Below are positions 1 through 10,920 of a stretch of DNA of 34,183 nt, in pieces (the first letter of the stretch is position 1; every line of letters begins with the position of its first letter). The notes under the pieces are model-generated. The model worked only from the letters and a program-made list of their open reading frames with translations. It had not been told where the DNA came from and searched no databases. The stretch is from Eledone cirrhosa. Taxonomy: Eukaryota. The stretch lies in the NCBI GenBank assembly GCA_964016885.1, contig CAXHJY010001678.1, positions 1 to 34,183 on the forward strand. Reading direction: 5' to 3'. Both the position numbers and the translations under genes were made by a program.

Positions 1-381
1 ATTAAATCTAAGGAATTATAATAAAAGCGAAGCAGATTAACGTATTTCCTGTGTATAATTGCCTGAGTATTTAGGCCAAGTCTTCTGTTTCCTAGCGTCT
101 GAGACAGATTAAGGCCACGCATCAAATGGACAAGATTCCAATATAGGCACGCACTAAGTACAGAGAAACGCCCGCGTGCGCCCGCATATACATACCCACA
201 TGTATGTATGCATATATGAAAACGTCTTTATGCACACGCAAATGTATACATGTTGGTGTACGTGTGGTTGTGGGTGTGTATATATATATACACATACATA
301 CATACATACATACACAAATATATTTGTATATTATATATGCATACACGTACATGTATACATGTTTATATGACATATATAAGA

Positions 382-511
382 ACTAGAACTGTTTCATTCC
401 GGAGAAATCACTCCCGAATGAAACAGTTCTAGTCCTGTAGAAGCTTTTTCTATTTTAAATTTATATTCTGCTTTGTATTGAGTACCTTACTTACTTACAC
501 CGATTGAACCC

Positions 512-515
<4 letters not shown>
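382..515 (+). mobile_element. Hammerhead-bearing repeat 'family A' (Penelope pseudo-LTR-like), present as a short foldback of two truncated HHR halves
   Basis: Arms 382-404 and 411-433 are reverse complements (ACTAGAACTGTTTCATTC / GAATGAAACAGTTCTAGT). GAAACAGTTCTAGTCCTGTAGAA is an HHR 3' half with a GUC site. The downstream 434-515 aligns by eye with the reverse complement of 17850-17930. Confidence 0.75.
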
Positions 516-566
<51 letters not shown>

Positions 567-839
567 TATCACACACACACACTCGAAATAATGAACAGTT
601 CCCTATTCTATCTGGAAATGGCCGACGAGAGATATTCCTAAGTAATATGATGGCTTTTAAATAGCAACTAGGGAATGTACTTGAAGGTCTTCGTTGTGGT
701 TAGAAATTAGGCGAACGCGAGGATTTTCAAGGGAATCTCCCGAGTCGACGAAGGTCGGTAATAATCCGCCCCAGGATAACATGGAATCATTGTGGGGGTG
801 GGGCTTCTGTAATGTAAACAAATAGTACAAACACAATGG

Positions 840-1070
840 AGTATTCGATTACCGGCAGCACAGTGTCCTTGAGCAAGATTCTTGCTCACGTTTCTCTAGT
901 ACAGTAAGGTGGCAAAAAGGAGTTGTAACTGTAATTAAAAAGGGCCTGGTTGTCATAATATCTCATCCAGAATTGAAAGAATAGAGATCAGCTGCTTACT
1001 CGCTAGTGTCACGAGTAGGCCGTCCCGTTGATCAAAACAATCATCGTCGCTAGAGACGGATATCCAACAC
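840..1070 (+). mobile_element. Degenerate tRNA-derived SINE
   Basis: Degenerate B-box-like TTCGATTACC followed by GTGTCCTTGAGCAAGA, a common SINE core motif. The 3' part (ACGAGTAGGCCGTCCCGTTGATC...GACGGATATCC) resembles the reverse complement of 2392-2455. Confidence 0.55.
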
Positions 1071-1500
1071 ATGGTTAAACGAGCGACGAAGTCAATTTTG
1101 TACAAACGTATCTCTCCCCAAAACACATGACAACTCCAGATGGTTGTTGCAAAACTACCATCTGTAAAATCACCTGGGAGAGAACTGATAGCCTATTACT
1201 GGTAGAGGAAGCTCACCTAATACAGAGAACGAATCGTCGATATGGTAACAACAACAACAAAAACATTCAAAGCTGAAGTTGATGTGGTAGACAGTTTGAC
1301 AGTTGCACGAATATCTCTTGTGCCTCAGTAACATGACAGACGTACGGCCACACACTTCAGGCCCATTGCATGATTCAGTGTAATATACATATATACATAC
1401 ATGCATATATACACAGACATATATACATGCATATACATACATACATATATATATATACACACACACACACATGCATATACATATACACACACACATGCAT

Positions 1501-1545
<45 letters not shown>

Positions 1546-1564
1546 TGCATATACATATTTATAT

Positions 1565-1567
<3 letters not shown>

Positions 1568-1630
<63 letters not shown>
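1568..1630. repeat. (AG)n microsatellite
   Basis: About 31 perfect GA units; an interrupted (AG)n also lies at ~3803-3860. Confidence 0.98.
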
Positions 1631-1632
<2 letters not shown>

Positions 1633-1877
1633 GTATCACAAACCCCATTATTCCGATAAGAAATATACCTTTAAATCCTCCAATTAATAATTGTTTTTAC
1701 CTTTACACAAGGCCAACAATTTGAAGGAAGATCCAAGTCGATTAAATCAACCCCAATGCTTAATATTACTTTATTTGACCAACTACGGTGGTGTAACAAT
1801 CAACTTGACCAGAAAGTAAGGAACTGTAATTAAAACCTCGCTCTACATTACCGCTATATAATAATTATTTATACTTC

Positions 1878-2070
1878 TGATACAAGGCTAACAATTTTGT
1901 GGGAGAGGGGATGTCGATTAAATTTACTCCGGTACATTACTGGTACTTTATTTTATCGACCCCGTAAGGATGAAATGTAAAGCTAAGCTCGGTGGGATTT
2001 GAAATCAGAACATAAAGGGCCATAACTATATGCAGCAAAACGTTGCGTGATGCTCTACCGATCCACCACC
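1878..2070 (-). mobile_element. tRNA-derived SINE (family with TTTATCGACCCCGNAAGGATGAAA core); partial extra copy at ~1690-1780
   Basis: Homologous to 3450-3600 and to the inverted copy at 10740-10864. B-box-like TTCAAATCCC on the minus strand. Confidence 0.75.
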
Positions 2071-2391
2071 CTAGTCTTCCAATTAATAATAAAGGGAGCA
2101 CTGAAATCCCTTTTGACTATAGATAGCCAACTCTAATATACATGCGCGTGCGTGCACACATTTGTATTTTGTGTGTGTATACACACAGACACATAAATCT
2201 GTGTGTGTATATATATATGTACATACATATACCTACATACACTAACACATAACAGAAACAAAGGAAGAAAACTAAATACAAGCAGTAAATTGCGTATCTT
2301 TCGTTAGATTCAATGAAGTTATTGTTGGAACAATGTCCCTGTATATATAATGTGGAGACTATGTAAGGAATAATTTCACATGTCCGATGGA

Positions 2392-2676
2392 CATCCGTCG
2401 GTTTTGGCGATGAGTGCTCTAATTGTTCAATCAACGGAACGGCTTGCTCATGAAATCAACGTGTGACTGTGCATTCCACAGATACATGAGCCGTTAACGT
2501 AATTCTCAAGGAGATTCAGAACGACACAAGTACGGTTGTTCATCCGAAGGGCTTTCAGTTTCCGCCTAGTCACAAGGTATGGTCGACCCGAGGCTATGGT
2601 AAAGATACTCGCCCAAGATGCCTATCGAGCCTGGGACCGAATGATTGCGAAGCCAACCTTTTGATCATTCGGCCAT
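2392..2676 (-). mobile_element. Two adjacent degenerate SINE fragments (~2392-2530 and ~2550-2676)
   Basis: The first part mirrors 1000-1070 in reverse. The second has GGTCGACCCGAGGCTAT...ACTCGCCCAAGATGCC, resembling the reverse complement of a GGCACCTTGGGCAAGTG-type SINE core. Recognition is from memory of cephalopod repeats. Confidence 0.5.
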
Positions 2677-2749
2677 GTTTGGACCACATTTCACATGCAA
2701 AACACAACCATAGTTTAAATAAACAAATACCACTTCCTTTGTGTACAGG

Positions 2750-3045
2750 TCGCTTTTGAGACTTCTGGTGTCCTTGGTCCCCAAAATCGGAAAGACAACA
2801 GTCCTCTCCAGGAAGGAGCCCCGTGAAGCAAGGCGGCTGTTGCTGTGGGTGTCGCTGAACTTTCTCCGTGACAATAACTTTGCTCATTTTATTCGTGGAG
2901 CCCAACTGAAACACCGTCCAGACTGAGGTGTTAGAGCCTATCACACCCTCCTCTCTTTCGTTGCTTCATTACAGCATATTTTATCATAATCTAATATTTA
3001 TCACTTGTCTAGTTGCTTGTCATTTGTCCTTTCACCAATAAAATA
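2750..3045 (+). pseudogene. Probable C-terminal fragment and 3' UTR of a CRE-like RLE non-LTR retrotransposon
   Basis: AFETSGVLGP (from ~2752) and then, after a frameshift/deletion, KIGKTTVLSRKEPREARRLLLWVSLNFLRDN. This resembles the xETxGxxGP...GxxxxxxxxEPRExxxLxQRxSLxxxRGN tail of CRE-type elements. AATAAA at ~3037. Confidence 0.5.
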
Positions 3046-3107
3046 TATTCATATTTAGAGGATTGTCGCTAATCTGTAATAGCTGTTTAATGAATTAGTT
3101 GTGATAT

Positions 3108-3302
3108 CGTCTAGCTTAATGGTGAGGGAGTTTGGCTCATGATCGTAATGATCGATTCCCGACGCAACACTCATCGTTTAATCAACGGAGCTCCAAGACA
3201 CGTGTAATTAGCCAAACGAAAAATTACGGAATATTCACACAAATATAATTAAAAATATATGGCGTGTTACGGGCTCAACTGAAATGTCTTTCTATTTTAC
3301 AA

Positions 3303-3334
<32 letters not shown>

Positions 3335-3410
3335 AAAACTCACACTTCATCATCCTATACTGTCTCTAATGTCTCCTTAATGTAAGCCCTCTGTGGCTAA
3401 TAAAGAAACC
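3108..3410 (+). mobile_element. Degenerate tRNA-headed SINE
   Basis: A-box-like TAGCTTAATGGT at ~3112 and B-box-like TCGATTCCCG at ~3152. SINE-like tail TGTAAGCCCTCTGTGGCTAATAAAGAAA at ~3381-3408. Confidence 0.45.
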
Positions 3411-3449
3411 ATTGATTATAGGCTATATATAATAATTGTTTTTACTTTT

Positions 3450-3600
3450 TGGCACAAGGCCAGCAATTATCCCCAGTGCATATTTTATCGACCCCGCAAG
3501 GATGAAAGGCAAAATTAACCTCGGCGGGATTTGAACTCAGACCATAAAGGGACGTGACTATGCTGGAAAGCATGGCGTCAGACCTTCTACTGATAGTGAC
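3450..3600 (-). mobile_element. tRNA-derived SINE, same family as 1878-2070
   Basis: TTTTATCGACCCCGCAAGGATGAAAGGCAAAATTAACCTCGGCGGGATTTGAACTCAG; minus-strand B-box GTTCAAATCC. Confidence 0.8.
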
Positions 3601-3625
3601 AATCGACCGTATAGACTATACATAA

Positions 3626-3657
<32 letters not shown>

Positions 3658-3799
3658 GTATATACACACATACACGTATATATTATATACAAAAACACAT
3701 GCATGCATATATATAAATACACATATATACACAGATACACACACATATATACATATACACAGACACACATAATTTACAAATCCCTCTCTACATATATAC

Positions 3800-3839
<40 letters not shown>

Positions 3840-4246
3840 AAGAGAGAGCGAGAGAGAGAGTCTATTATGCTGGTTTGAAAGCTGGTTTAGATTTCATGTG
3901 TGCACCTTCATGACCGGTATCACAGACGTTCAAGAACGAGTGGTCAACTAATTTATAGCATTGAGTTCGATAACTATATCTACATCTCTACACATAAATG
4001 GGTGTATATATATACATGTATACATGTATATGTCTATATACATATATAGACATATACATATATAGACACACACATATACATATATAGACACACACATATA
4101 TATATATATATATAGATAGATATATATATATATAACGAAAGAAAATTGGTAAGGAACCAGGTGGACCATAACGCACCAAAGTACTCAATACTTAGGGTAG
4201 AAGAGTGGGTAATAGGAACGAGTAGGGTAATTCTCAGGGGGCAATT

Positions 4247-4342
4247 ACCCCCTGAGAAGCTCGGCTATTTATATACCAGGATAAAAATGTTCATTTAGTC
4301 CAGAATTAGCCATCGAAACGGCTTGAGCTCAGCCGTCGGGGT
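4247..4342 (+). ncRNA. Type I hammerhead ribozyme-like motif with variant core CUGAGAA
   Basis: Stem I ACCCC/GGGGT; CTGAGAA at 4252-4258; 56-nt domain II containing GGCTA/TAGCC; GAAA at 4315-4318; stem III ACGGCT/AGCCGT; GUC triplet at 4335-4337. Confidence 0.7.
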
Positions 4343-4463
4343 CCTACTCGTTCCTATATATATATATATATATATATACATATGTATATATATACATATA
4401 TATACATATATATATATACATATACATATATATATATACATATATATATATACATATATATAC

Positions 4464-4508
<45 letters not shown>

Positions 4509-4518
4509 TATATGTACA

Positions 4519-4554
<36 letters not shown>

Positions 4555-4592
4555 CATATATATATAAACATATATATATATAAATAAATTTA

Positions 4593-4932
4593 GTCCTTCA
4601 TCAGTGATCTTCCAGCCTTCATTGGTATTTCATCGCTTTAAGGACCATATACCTCTGGTTGGTGCGAGCAACGGCTAAAGAAAGTCGTTGGACACGTAAA
4701 TAGGGGGAACGAGCAAGACAGTAAACAAACAAAGATGGTAATGCAACGAAAAGTGAGGAAGAAGGAGTCAAGTCCCTGAAATCGATGAACATAAGTTCTG
4801 TGAAATCGTAGACGAGAGAGAATAAAGACCACCCGACCTGGTCGAAGTGTGAGTAAGGAAAGAATTTCGCACAGGTCAAACGGGAGGAAATAGGAGAGGG
4901 AGTAGCAGAGAGTGTGAGTGAATGAAAGTGTG
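4593..4932 (-). mobile_element. Repeat island ending in a truncated HHR 5' half
   Basis: The minus strand ends TCA-CTGATGA-AGGACT and is then cut off at a TA tract; TA tracts flank both sides. The GAAA half is absent. Confidence 0.4.
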
Positions 4933-4962
4933 ATACATATATATATATACATATATAGATAC

Positions 4963-4993
<31 letters not shown>

Positions 4994-5016
4994 CATACAT
5001 ATATACATATATAGAT

Positions 5017-5067
<51 letters not shown>

Positions 5068-5573
5068 TATATATATATACATATATATACATATATAGAC
5101 ACACATATATATATATACATATATATATATATACATAGAGAGAGATGATAGATATTTTATAGAAAGTTACGCACAGAAATACCTAGAGTTACACGATCTG
5201 CATTATTATATTGGAAAACGAAACTCATGACAATAGTGCCTTTACAATATAAAATACGATACACGACTCTCAAAATATTCACAATCCTAAGAATAGATCA
5301 CTAACTATAATCCTTATACATATCGCCAGAGACGTCTTAAGCTTAACCGACCCTTTTCCCGATAAATTTTAGACGCAATAAGCGCTTTAATAGAAATAGA
5401 AATAAGTAAACTATGCCGGTGTAAAAATATTTGCTCACGCCTTTCACATTTTAATTTTAGACATCTCTTCAACAGCAATAGTATAGTTTCATCTACTTTT
5501 AACTGTGGTTATCTTTAGAAAGTTCTAATACATAAAACAATCAATACAGTACAATGAAGAACTGCACTAGTTT

Positions 5574-5605
5574 AACGTTTTGGACACCAACCCTTCATCA
5601 GAAGA
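5574..5605 (-). ncRNA. Degenerate minimal HHR (GAAA>AAAA), same family as 26338-26373
   Basis: Minus strand TCTT-CTGATGA-AGGGTTGGTGTCC-AAAACGTT. The plus-strand flank CTTCATCAGAAGA-AGAATGAGAAATAAAA is shared with 26361-26390. Confidence 0.65.
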
Positions 5606-5713
5606 TAGAATGAGAAATAAAAAGAAAGAGTGAGAAGAGAAATGAGCGGAGAGAAATTTTTTTGAGAAAAAAGCACCTGTATATTTAATCAGTCATTTTG
5701 GAGAAATGCTTGT

Positions 5714-5832
<119 letters not shown>

Positions 5833-5927
5833 GTGAGTGTGAGTGTGTGTGGCTGACGGCTGATAGAAAAGAATACTCAATACTGAAGTAGAGTTTTAAT
5901 ATTAATTTTATTAAGGCTAAATAGTAA

Positions 5928-5948
5928 GTCATGTTACTCTAGAGTTTC
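5928..5948 (-). ncRNA. HHR 3' half (remnant)
   Basis: Minus strand GAA-ACTCTAGAGT-A-ACATGAC: palindromic stem III with a GUA site and AATAAA shortly downstream. No CUGANGA found upstream before the TA tract. Confidence 0.5.
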
Positions 5949-5990
5949 ACCTGTTTATCTAACGTTTCAATAGCAGACAGCATAAATCAC

Positions 5991-6064
<74 letters not shown>

Positions 6065-6107
6065 ATAAGAAACGGAGAATCAGTGGTGCGACGAATTAAA
6101 ATTTATT

Positions 6108-6204
6108 AGACATATTACAATCGTTTCTCTGGCGACCAGCTCGATACACGATCGGTGCGATGATCGAACCTGACTCTGAAATCGCAAGATCCTCAGATAC
6201 GTCT
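6108..6204 (-). ncRNA. Complete type I hammerhead ribozyme with long domain II
   Basis: Stem I AGACGTAT/ATATGTCT (8 bp, one G-U); CTGAGGA; 62-nt domain II closed by TCT-T-GCGA / TCGC-C-AGA; GAAA; stem III ACGATTGT; GUA site; AATAAA immediately after. Confidence 0.85.
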
Positions 6205-6485
6205 CAATCTTCTCTAAACATAACCTTTTTTTTTATCATATATAGACTATGTAATATGATGGCTGCAGTTTGATAACGTCTGTCTCCCTCATATCAGTGG
6301 CAGATATGGGTCTGATGTTGGCTTACAGAATATAAGGATATGTGTCGGCTCTGGTTTGTGAGAAAAAGGAGAGCCACTCAGCTGTTGGTTTAACTGTATT
6401 TTCAGTGTTTTGTATACGGGTTATGGCAATCGACGGTCTTATTTTCATACATATTCATAAATGTGTGTAGCGTATATGTGTGTGT

Positions 6486-6581
<96 letters not shown>

Positions 6582-6607
6582 CATACATATATATATATAC
6601 ATACATA

Positions 6608-6639
<32 letters not shown>

Positions 6640-6644
6640 CATAC

Positions 6645-6675
<31 letters not shown>

Positions 6676-6680
6676 CATAC

Positions 6681-6715
<35 letters not shown>

Positions 6716-6720
6716 CATAC

Positions 6721-6755
<35 letters not shown>

Positions 6756-6973
6756 CATACATATATATATATACATACATATATATATACATACATATAT
6801 ATATATACATACATACATACCCAGAGAGTGTAACTTGGAGTTACTGTAGGTTCACCCGGGTGAGCACTCGATGTTTAGGTTCACTTCTGTGTCGAGATGT
6901 AGAGCTAGACAGAGTGTATTATAGTGAAATAAGATAAGGACGATTGGTTACTCCTTCATTACGTTTATTGGTT

Positions 6974-7056
6974 GGTGACGCGCGTTTCGCCACTTCAGCT
7001 CAAGGTTCGATCTGTATCGATATGACCCGTCTCTGTAATCCGCAGCTCGTCAGACC
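6974..7056 (-). ncRNA. Complete type I hammerhead ribozyme (left arm of foldback)
   Basis: Stem I GGT/ACC; CTGACGA; stem II GCTGC/GTGGC enclosing a 58-nt domain; GAAA; palindromic stem III ACGCGCGT; GUC site; AATAAA 7 nt downstream. Confidence 0.82.
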
Positions 7057-7092
7057 CCTTGTAATTCTTTTTTCACCATTAACATTACAAGG

Positions 7093-7167
7093 GGCCTGAC
7101 GAGCCGCGGTTTACAGAGTCGGGTCAGATCGAACCTTGAGCTGATCAGTGGCAAAACGCGCGTCACC
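7093..7167 (+). ncRNA. Hammerhead copy in right arm, core mutated (GAAA>AAAA)
   Basis: CTGACGA-GCCGC...GTGGC-AAAACGCGCGTC-ACC. Confidence 0.7.
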
Positions 7168-7784
7168 AACCAATAAACGTAATGAAGGAGTAACCATTCG
7201 TCCTTGTTATCTTATTTCACTGTATACACACACACACACACACATATATATATACAACAATTAATTATATAAAATATGGTTACTGCCATAATTCGGTTTT
7301 ATCAACATATTCATACAGCTAAGAAAGGTGAAAGAATCCAGATGTCCCACTAAACATTTTAAACTAAAGAGAATTTATACGATTAATTTTCAAAACCGTA
7401 CACCATTACCGAGCTGTTGTTCTTTCGCATAATTACGAGTAGAATGAGTGTTTTACTTCAAGAAGGTCTAACGTCCAACACTTTTATTCAATATTGTAAT
7501 GTATTGTTCTCACTCATTTTTTATTGAAACACACACAATATATTCCTTCGCCTCTTGTTCAGCTAATATTTATAATTATATGCATTGTGGCAAACATATT
7601 TTCAAATTTAAATCTCCCCCAATGAATCGTAAGCTAACTAAATGTTGCCCCCCCCCCCCCTTATCTGTTAGACACGCAGTGACTAACAACAGAATGTTTT
7701 AAGTCTGCGTGTCTGACATATATGCGTATCAAGGGGTGTTGCTGGCCGTGGTGATCGCTGCCAAACATGTTTTGTAATGTATCG

Positions 7785-7931
7785 TCTTATTGGCTAATCA
7801 ACCAACGAGAGTAATTGTTGCTCAAAAGCATCCGCCATTTTGTTTGCACGTTTATTTATCGTTTCGCTTTCGAATCTTCCTCATGTATTTCGTCGTTTTA
7901 TCATCAAAATATTTTTCTCGTTTTGGTAAGT
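7785..7931 (+). promoter_or_regulatory. Possible promoter and non-coding first exon with splice donor
   Basis: Reverse CCAAT (ATTGG 7789-7793), YY1-type CCGCCATTTT at 7832-7841, locally raised CpG, G|GTAAGT donor at 7925-7931, then an abrupt shift to T-rich intron-like sequence. Confidence 0.45.
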
Positions 7932-8479
7932 TATATTTTTAATTTATATATGATTTTTTAAAATTTATATTAGCTATTTTTTTCAGTTCGTTATAACATG
8001 CTTATAATATTGGTTGTATCATATTTACTTGTATATTTGTCCATATTATTATTCGTTTTATGTTAGATTATTTTATTATTATTATGTTAGATTATTTTTT
8101 TTTTATTATGTTAGACTATTTGTATGTAATATTTAACTTTTATTAATTCAACAATAACAATTATTATGTAAAATATATTTATTTAGTATTGATTGTTTTT
8201 TGTAGTTGTTATATTAAAAGTCTGAAAATATTTTTTATACATCTTACAATAATATTTATAAGATCATTTATAAAATAACAATTATATAATCTAATTACAT
8301 TACAACGATAATTTATTATTAATATATATATATCATGTTTAACTAGAGTTATTACAAGCGTGGCCTTAAAAAAAAAGTTAAACTAGACCTGAAAAATGCG
8401 CAAGCTCAAAAGAGCCACAGAATGTTATAATAAACCTTCAAAAGTGTGGGACTAAAGTTGTTGCTCAAAAATATTGCAT

Positions 8480-8529
8480 TGTACCTATTCTAAACTGTAC
8501 CTATTCTAAACTGTACCTATTCTAAACTG
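8480..8529. repeat. 16-bp tandem repeat x3 (TGTACCTATTCTAAAC)
   Basis: Three perfect adjacent copies. Confidence 0.95.
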
Positions 8530-8789
8530 GGTACATAGACTAGTTTTTATATAGCAAGCGCTTTGTGGCAATTCAACTTGCTAAAGCCAGGATTAGCCTT
8601 TTGGGTGGTGAGGTGGGTGGGGTGGGAGCTATGATGGGCTTCATACTCATCGTGGGATCATTTTTGAGGTTTTACTGTCAGGTGCCCTTTTCACCATCTC
8701 TTTAAATCATCTCTTACAACATGTAAATATCTGATGTAACTATTTTAAACCAGATGCTCATGGGTAGGTATTGTTAATAACAGAAGGTA

Positions 8790-9970
8790 TGGATGTATTG
8801 AAGGAGTAGATGGATAAGTTGAAAGGAATGTATGGAGGCAAAAAGGTATAAAGGTAAATATTAAAAAGACAAAGGTGATGCTAAGTAAAGCATTTGCTCA
8901 GATGGAAACAACAGAATGGTAGACATATGCAGTGTTGGAGTGAACTCTTATTAAATGTATGATTTACACCCGGTGGTTACAACGAAAAAGTAGCTCTGTG
9001 AAGGGATTATTAAATAATGTGGCAGATTTATGTATAACATGTATATTGGGGGAATGGGGCTACAGAGGTAGGGGATGTTGGAAATGGTGTGAAAATGTTG
9101 TTACCTTGGAAACACTGAATGGTGAGGGTGGATCAGATTCTGTGACAGTATCTAGAGTGAGATGTACATGGTAGTCATTCTGAGAACTGATTGGTGTGTT
9201 AACGAGGATGGGACTATCGCTGGAACTGAAGGGAAAGGTGTATGCTGCATGTTTGAGTAATGCTATGATTTATGGGAAGTAAAACATGGCAACATCAGTG
9301 ATGAACATGGAGCAGCAGAGGAGGCTGGAAAGGTGTATACTACATGTGTAAGAAATGCCATGATTTATGGGAGTGAGACATGGGTGATCAACATGGAGCA
9401 GCAGAAAGGCTAGAAAGAATGGCAAAGGTGTATACTACATGTGTAAGAAATGCCATGATTTATGGCAGTGAGACATGTGTGATGAATGTGGGGCAGCAGA
9501 GAAGGCTGGAAAGAATGGAAACGAGAATAGTTTGATGGAAGAGTGGAATATTGCTGAAATAAAACAATAAGTTGCAGAGGATGGTAGGAATGAAATCAGT
9601 GATGAATGTTGTGAAGAGAAATAGAATAAGATGGTTGGGTCATGTGTTGAGGAAAGATGAAAGTGACTAGGTGATGAAATAGTCAGTGATGAATGTTGTG
9701 AAGAGAAATGGAATGAGATGGTTGGGTCATGTGTTGAGGAAAGATGAAAGTGACTGAGATGGAGGAGTGATGGAAACGAATGTGGAAGGAATTAGAAGAT
9801 GACAAAAGAAAGAAAAAAAGACCAAGAATGGCGGAGGAAAGAAACGTCATGGTGTTGGTAAGAGGAGCAGATGAGAGGAAAATAGGAAGAAGCTTGTGAT
9901 GGGGCCTGGAAGGCGAAACCCTGCTTTAGAAGTGGAAAATGGTCTTAAAACACGTGTTGTTATTGTTGCT
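8790..9970 (+). mobile_element. Decayed 3' portion of an RTE-clade LINE
   Basis: Broken translation gives KVNIKKTKVML, a Cys-rich remnant (CMIYTRWLQRKSSSVKG), GGSDSVTVSRVRCTW, LKGKVYAAC, VRNAMIYGSETW and RWLGHVLRKDE, the characteristic RTE thumb/C-terminal motifs. (TGT)n-like tail at ~9955-9970. Many stops and frameshifts. Confidence 0.88.
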
Positions 9971-10328
9971 GATATTGATAAACATGGAGGACATTAAGAT
10001 TATACACAAGAGAGTGTGAAGTTTGATATTGAGACATCTGTTAACTGTCTTAATCATTACTATCAAACTAATTCTTCTCTACACCCATATTGTGTAAACA
10101 ATAACACAGGCACTATTTATGCTACACACACACACACACACATACATATATATAGAAATATATAATGTAATACGCAAGGAACGTAATAGTCATCGTATAA
10201 ATATATTATATATGTATCTTATATACCAATGAGGCAGGGACAGTGTGTGCATGTAGGTGGATATATATATATACACGAACATATATATCATCCCTCTCTT
10301 CATCTTTCTTTCTCTCGCACACACATAT

Positions 10329-10378
<50 letters not shown>
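10329..10378. repeat. (GT)n microsatellite
   Basis: About 24 GT units; another (TA)n(GT)n lies at 5717-5850. Confidence 0.97.
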
Positions 10379-10382
<4 letters not shown>

Positions 10383-10739
10383 GTCATACATATAGAATAT
10401 ATGTATGTGTGTAAGTATGTGTGCATGCAAGAATGTATACATGTATGCATGCATTTGCGGGTGTGTGTACAAACAGATTTCAAAAGACAAATGTCAAACA
10501 GTCCAGGTGTGACGCGCTGCGCAGCGACATTTATAAATTATCTCCCTTTCAAAGATGCATATGAAAAATCAATATGTTCGCACCCACCTAAATAATATGG
10601 ACATGGTATGAATGTGTGAGTGTATGCGAAACGTCCACGAGCACGAAAGCTAAGGAGAGAGATACAGTACAATAACGCATATTTAACGCATAATGTGTGT
10701 ATTATAAATATTATTTAAGCATACACAAAGACGTAGATT

Positions 10740-10864
10740 GGCAGTATCGGAAGACACCATGCTTTGCAGCATAGAGTTACGGCCCCTTACGGTCTGAGGT
10801 TAAATCCCGCCGAGGTTAAATTTGCCTTTCGTTCTAACGGGGTTGATAAAATAAAGTACCAGTA
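10740..10864 (+). mobile_element. tRNA-derived SINE, same family as 3450-3600, opposite orientation
   Basis: GGTCTGAGGTTAAATCCCGCCGAGGTTAAATTTGCCTTTC...GGGGTTGATAAAATAAAGTACCAGT is a near match to the reverse complement of the 3484-3544 core. Confidence 0.8.
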
Positions 10865-10920
10865 ATGTAGTTAAATGCTGCACTTATGCCAAAAGTAGAA
10901 ACAATTATTTAAACACACAC

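Larger units (their letters stand above)
6914..7229. repeat. Foldback: ~150-bp inverted arms (6914-7065 / 7084-7229), 18-nt spacer, each arm carrying an HHR
   Basis: The arms are reverse complements with scattered substitutions and small indels. Confidence 0.93.

Noticed and set aside
707-1370. Short ORFs and unique-looking sequence as host exons
   Set aside because: No convincing splice-bounded frame or protein similarity; partly overlaps SINE remnants.
4619-4720. Peptide [11 protein letters not shown] resembling the CRE-type QRLSLAxxRGN motif
   Set aside because: No upstream ETxG or PD motifs, and it lies in an HHR-ended non-coding island; probably chance.
7141-7156. CTGATCA-GTGGC-AAAA as a second tiny hammerhead core
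   Set aside because: No stem II is possible; the true 5' core is CTGACGA at 7096.
8480-8529. Short repeats as a CRISPR-like array
   Set aside because: Three contiguous 16-mers with no spacers and no cas genes, in eukaryotic context.
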